Assembly (NCBI RefSeq): GCF_006345805.1
Contig: NC_043008.1
Coordinates: 40,300,001 to 40,364,000 of the forward strand
DNA from: Octopus sinensis
Lineage: Eukaryota
Reading direction: 5' to 3'
Length of the DNA stretch: 64,000 nucleotides
Under the pieces are notes generated by a model. The model was given only the letters and a program-made list of their open reading frames with translations, made no database searches and had not been told where the DNA came from. Position numbers and translations under genes: made by a program. Below, piece after piece: positions 59,459-64,000 of the stretch (position 1 is the stretch's first letter; each line of letters opens with the position of its first letter).

Positions 59459-59911
59459 TCTATATTGTATAGAGGGCATTATTACACATAATTGCCTCAC
59501 ACTAAGAGGGACAAAGTCATTACTACCAAAATTATACTAATCGTACCCAAATGCAGTTTTTCAAAGCAAGACATTTAAAAAATGAATTTAGTTCTGTATC
59601 ACCGTGATTTCACATTCAACTTTACGTCTTATGATCATCAGCAGAACTGATTCTGAACACATCATAAATAAACTACCAACCTTACGTAGCGAAGGCGAAC
59701 AGACAACTGCTCACTCCGGCCAAGCACATGGAATGTTTATAAATCATATATCCGGTAAATGGCGGGCTTTTTTACGAACTGCATGTCGGGTAATGAAAAG
59801 TATTTCGGAATAAGTTTAACAATTAAGGATAATCTCTTAATAAGGGATCTTAACAAGAAATTATCGGGCAGCTAGCGTGAAAACCTCATAAAAGAAAAGA
59901 ATTCGAAAATA
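59459..59911 (-). mobile_element. Inverted about 453-bp copy of the 482-bp ribozyme repeat
   Basis: Reverse complement of the array unit. The left end tctatattg merges with (TA)n; junction at 59912 with att microhomology. Confidence 0.95.
59590..59648 (-). ncRNA. Type I hammerhead ribozyme candidate (inverted copy)
   Basis: Reverse complement of the motif at 59998-60056. Confidence 0.72.
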
Positions 59912-59997
59912 ATTCCATGTGCTTGGCCGGAGTGAGCAGTTGTCTGTTCGTCGTCGCTACGTAAGGTTGGTAGTTTATTTATGATGTGTTCAGAATC

Positions 59998-60056
59998 AGT
60001 TCTGCTGATGATCATAAGACGTAAAGTTGAATGTGAAATCACGGTGATACAGAACT
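59998..60056 (+). ncRNA. Type I hammerhead ribozyme candidate 1
   Basis: AGTTCTG-CTGATGA-tcataagacgtaaagttgaatgt-GAAA-tcacggtgat-A-CAGAACT. Stem I is 7 bp Watson-Crick; stem III A-U closed; predicted cleavage after 60049. Confidence 0.75.
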
Positions 60057-60478
60057 AAATTCATTTTTTAAATGTCTTGCTTTGAAAAACTGCATTTGGG
60101 TATGATTAGTATAATTTTGGTAGTAATGACTTTGTCCCTCTTAGTGTGAGGCATTTATGTGTAATAATGCCCTCTATACAATATAGATATAATTAATTTG
60201 TTCAAAAGAAAAAAATTATTTTCGAATCCTTTTCTTTTATGAGGTTTTCACGCTAGCTGCCCGATAATTTTTGTTAAGATCCCTTATTAAGAGATTATCC
60301 TTAATTGTTAAACTTATTCCGAAATACTTTTCATTACCCGACATGCAGTTCGTAAAAACGCCCGCCATTTACCGGATATATGATTTATAAACATTCCATG
60401 TGCTTGGCCGGAGTGAGCAGTTGTCTGTTCGTCTTCGCTACGTAAGGTTGGTAGTTTATTTATGATGTGTTCAGAATC

Positions 60479-60537
60479 AGTTCTGCTGATGATCATAAGA
60501 CGTAAAGTTGAATGTGAAATCACGGTGATACAGAACT
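60479..60537 (+). ncRNA. Type I hammerhead ribozyme candidate 2
   Basis: Identical motif; predicted cleavage after 60530. Confidence 0.75.
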
Positions 60538-60960
60538 AAATTCATTTTTTAAATGTCTTGCTTTGAAAAACTGCATTTGGGTACGATTAGTATAATTTTG
60601 GTAGTAATGACTTTGTCCCTCTTAGTGTGAGGCATTTATGTGTAATAATGCCCTCTATACAATATAGATATAATTAATTTGTTCAAAAGAAAAAAATTAT
60701 TTTCGAATTCTTTTCTTTTATGAGGTTTTCACGCTAGCTGCCCGATAATTTCTTGTTAAGATCCCTTATTAAGAGATTATCCTTAATTGTTAAACTTATT
60801 CCGAAATACTTTTCATTACCCGACATGCACTTCGTAAAAACGCCCGCCATTTACCGGATATATGATTTATAAACATTCCATGTGCTTGGCCGGAGTGAGC
60901 AGTTGTCTGTTCGTCTTCGCTACGTAAGGTTGGTAGTTTATTTATGATGTGTTCAGAATC

Positions 60961-61019
60961 AGTTCTGCTGATGATCATAAGACGTAAAGTTGAATGTGAA
61001 ATCACGGTGATACAGAACT
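60961..61019 (+). ncRNA. Type I hammerhead ribozyme candidate 3
   Basis: Identical motif; predicted cleavage after 61012. Confidence 0.75.
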
Positions 61020-61442
61020 AAATTCATTTTTTAAATGTCTTGCTTTGAAAAACTGCATTTGGGTATGATTAGTATAATTTTGGTAGTAATGACTTTGTCC
61101 CTCTTAGTGTGAGGCATTTATGTGTAATAATGCCCTCTATACAATATAGATATAATTAATTTGTTCAAAAGAAAAAAATTATTTTCGAATTCTTTTCTTT
61201 TATGAGGTTTTCACGCTAGCTGCCCGATAATTTCTTGTTAAGATCCCTTATTAAGAGATTATCCTTAATTGTTAAACTTATTCCGAAATACTTTTCATTA
61301 CCCGACATGCAGTTCGTAAAAAAGCCCGCCATTTACCGGATATATGATTTATAAACATTCCATGTGCTTGGCCGGAGTGAGCAGTTGTCTGTTCGTCTTC
61401 GCTACGTAAGGTTGGTAGCTTATTTATGATGTGTTCAGAATC

Positions 61443-61501
61443 AGTTCTGCTGATGATCATAAGACGTAAAGTTGAATGTGAAATCACGGTGATACAGAAC
61501 T
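61443..61501 (+). ncRNA. Type I hammerhead ribozyme candidate 4
   Basis: Identical motif; predicted cleavage after 61494. Confidence 0.75.
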
Positions 61502-61921
61502 AAATTCATTTTTTAAATGTCTTGCTTTGAAAAACTGCATTTGGGTACGATTAGTATAATTTTGGTAGTAATGACTTTGTCCCTCTTAGTGTGAGGCATT
61601 TATGTGTAATAATGCCCTCTATACAATATAGATATAATTAATTTGTTCAAAAGAAAAAAATTATTTTCGAATTCTTTTCTTTTATGAGGTTTTCACGCTA
61701 GCTGCCCGATAATTTCTTGTTAAGATCCCTTATTAAGAGATTATCCTTAATTGTTAACTTATTCCGAAATACTTTTCATTACCCGACATGCAGTTCGTAA
61801 AAACGCCCGCCATTTACCGGATATATGATTTATAAACATTCCATGTGCTTGGCGGAGTGAGCAGTTGTCTGTTCGTCTTCGCTACGTAGGTTGGTAGTTT
61901 ATTTATGATGTGTTCAGAATC

Positions 61922-61980
61922 AGTTCTGCTGATGATCATAAGACGTAAAGTTGAATGTGAAATCACGGTGATACAGAACT
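61922..61980 (+). ncRNA. Type I hammerhead ribozyme candidate 5
   Basis: Identical motif; predicted cleavage after 61973. Confidence 0.75.
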
Positions 61981-62401
61981 AAATTCATTTTTTAAATGTC
62001 TTGCTTTGAAAAACTGCATTTGGGTATGATTAGTATAATTTTGGTAGTAATGACTTTGTCCCTCTTAGTGTGAGGCATTTATGTGTAATAATGCCCTCTA
62101 TACAATATAGATATAATTAATTTGTTCAAAAGAAAAAATTATTTTCGAATTCTTTTCTTTTATGAGGTTTTCACGCTAGCTGCCCGATAATTTCTTGTTA
62201 AGAGTCCCTTATTAAGAGATTATCCTTAATTGTTAAACTTATTCCGAAATACTTTTCATTACCCGACATGCATTTCGTAAAAAGCCCGCCATTTACCGGA
62301 TATATGATTATAAACATTCCATGTGCTTGGCCGGAGTGAGCAGTTGTCTGTTCGTCTTCGCTACGTAAGGTTGGTAGTTTATTTATGATGTGTTCAGAAT
62401 C

Positions 62402-62459
62402 AGTTCTGCTGATGATCATAAACGTAAAGTTGAATGTGAAATCACGGTGATACAGAACT
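62402..62459 (+). ncRNA. Type I hammerhead ribozyme candidate 6
   Basis: Same motif with a 1-nt deletion in stem II (cataaacgt); predicted cleavage after 62452. Confidence 0.68.
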
Positions 62460-62714
62460 AATTCATTTTTTAAATGTCTTGCTTTGAAAAACTGCATTTG
62501 GGTACGATTAGTAATAATTTTGGTAGTAATGACTTTGTCCCCTTAGTGTGAGGCATTTATGTGTAATAATGCCCTCTATACAATATAGATATAATTAATT
62601 TGTTCAAAAGAAAAAATTATTTTCGAATTCTTTTCTTTTATGAGGTTTTCACGCTAGCTGCCCGATAATTTCTTGTTAAGATCCCTTATTAAGAGATTAT
62701 CCTTAATTGTTAAA

Positions 62715-62717
<3 letters not shown>

Positions 62718-62758
<41 letters not shown>

Positions 62759-62989
62759 TATATGTGTATGTAATATATGATGAATATATATATAAATATA
62801 CATATATATGCATATATATATAAATATATATCTATGTATATATATAATGTATTTTATATCTATGTATATATATAATGTATTTTTACCTATGTAGTATACA
62901 TCTATACATACGTATACACATCCAAATATATACATAAATGTGTATTAATATATATACAATTATATAATATATAAATGAGTGTGTATATG

Positions 62990-63025
<36 letters not shown>

Positions 63026-63125
63026 AACACATATATATAAATATGTATGTATGCACACACACACACACACACAACACACACCCATATTATATATATATAT
63101 ATATATAATATTATATATGCACATG
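62718..63125. repeat. (TA)n-rich compound microsatellite right of the array
   Basis: Direct reading. Confidence 0.9.
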
Positions 63126-64000
63126 CTTTTGGCATTGTTAAAACTGATTATTTCTGGCAATGCATTGGTGTGCTATGTTGCATAAAGAGGTAATATTTGT
63201 AAATCGCTTATACATAGCTTTTTTTAACATCAAAAGACTCCTACATGGAATGTTCGGCATAGTGTTAACAGTAGGTATATGCTAACAAATTCACAAAATA
63301 ATCATATGTATGTACACACACACACACACACACACACTCACACACACACTCACACCCTAAAGCGTATACCACTCACACCCTAAAGCGTATACACACTCAC
63401 ACACAAACAGAGTGTACGTGTACTAACGTACTTATAATTATATGCATGTATCGCTTTTGAAGCTCTTTGAGTTTGTACGTGTCCATGTGTTTCTATGTTA
63501 ACAATATGTATTTGAAGGATATTTTGGATACCATTTGTACATACTCAAATAAGTAGACATGTTAAGATACAAGGTCTCCGACATGCAGTTTTCAACATTG
63601 CATTAATATATATATTCAATAACAGCTTTTATAAAGAGTAAGATGACATACACTTTGGCAGAGACATACTCACTCACATATATTGAAAAATATATATTAT
63701 GATCACTAGTATGCAAATAAATCTCCCAAATGATTAGTTGTTTTGCTGAATTTCCTTTCAGGAAATGGAAGTTAATTTCATTTCTCATTTCTATCGGAGA
63801 AGCATTTGTAGATTGCTATTCTGTTTTCTTCCCCTTATCGTAAACAATTAATATTTCAAGTATTTACATAACTATCTTATATATTTAATGTTCGATTAAT
63901 ATCTCTAATATGTTTTGAATATTATACATGTCTACTATTATTACATGTGTGTATACAATCGAAAAATGGCTTTCTCCAACATGTGAAATGAACGAAACAA

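Larger units (their letters stand above)
59912..62717 (+). repeat. Tandem array, 482-bp unit x about 5.8, one hammerhead per unit (retrozyme or Penelope-like-derived)
   Basis: Near-identical units with period 478-482 bp. Ends ..gttaaactta into (TA)n. Confidence 0.95.

Noticed and set aside
59459-59876. Helitron interpretation of the 482-bp unit (TC start, CTAG near 59873)
   Set aside because: No GC-rich hairpin before CTAG, and CTAG is not followed by T. The hammerhead explains the unit better.
59604-62497. Repeated 69-aa ORF MISHSTLRLMIISRTDSEH.. in each 482-bp unit
   Set aside because: Non-ATG start, no recognisable domain, antisense to the ribozyme, and broken by indels in later units.
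59912-62717. CRISPR array or 5S/snRNA gene cluster
   Set aside because: Whole units are identical with no unique spacers, and there is no similarity to 5S or U snRNAs that I can see.
63578-63590. 13-bp match (ccgacatgcagtt) to the 482-bp unit
   Set aside because: About one such match is expected by chance in 64 kb, and it does not extend.

Overview
AT-rich, microsatellite-saturated eukaryotic DNA. The SINE families match sequences I recall from Octopus genomes, so the organism call is an inference. There is no confidently identifiable protein-coding gene; nearly all ORF-track entries are translations of (TA)n, (ATT)n or (CTAT)n tracts. The window holds several decayed mariner transposons, three tRNA-type SINE families, the 3' end of an R4/Dong-like RLE LINE, an RTE LINE fragment, a probable solo LTR and an 8.3-kb (ATT)n array with two near-identical 555-bp inserts. 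The main result is at 59459-62717: a 482-bp unit repeated about 5.8 times in tandem plus one inverted copy, flanked by (TA)n on both sides. Every unit contains a type I hammerhead ribozyme fold (7-bp stem I, CUGAUGA, stem II, GAAA, stem III, AUA cleavage triplet), giving seven copies. This fits a non-LTR retrozyme or Penelope-like-element-derived array that could produce ~482-nt self-cleaved, possibly circular, RNAs. A SNP alternates unit by unit and stays in phase into the inverted copy, suggesting a dimeric template and a twin-primed insertion. Activity is untested and one core-adjacent pair is non-canonical.
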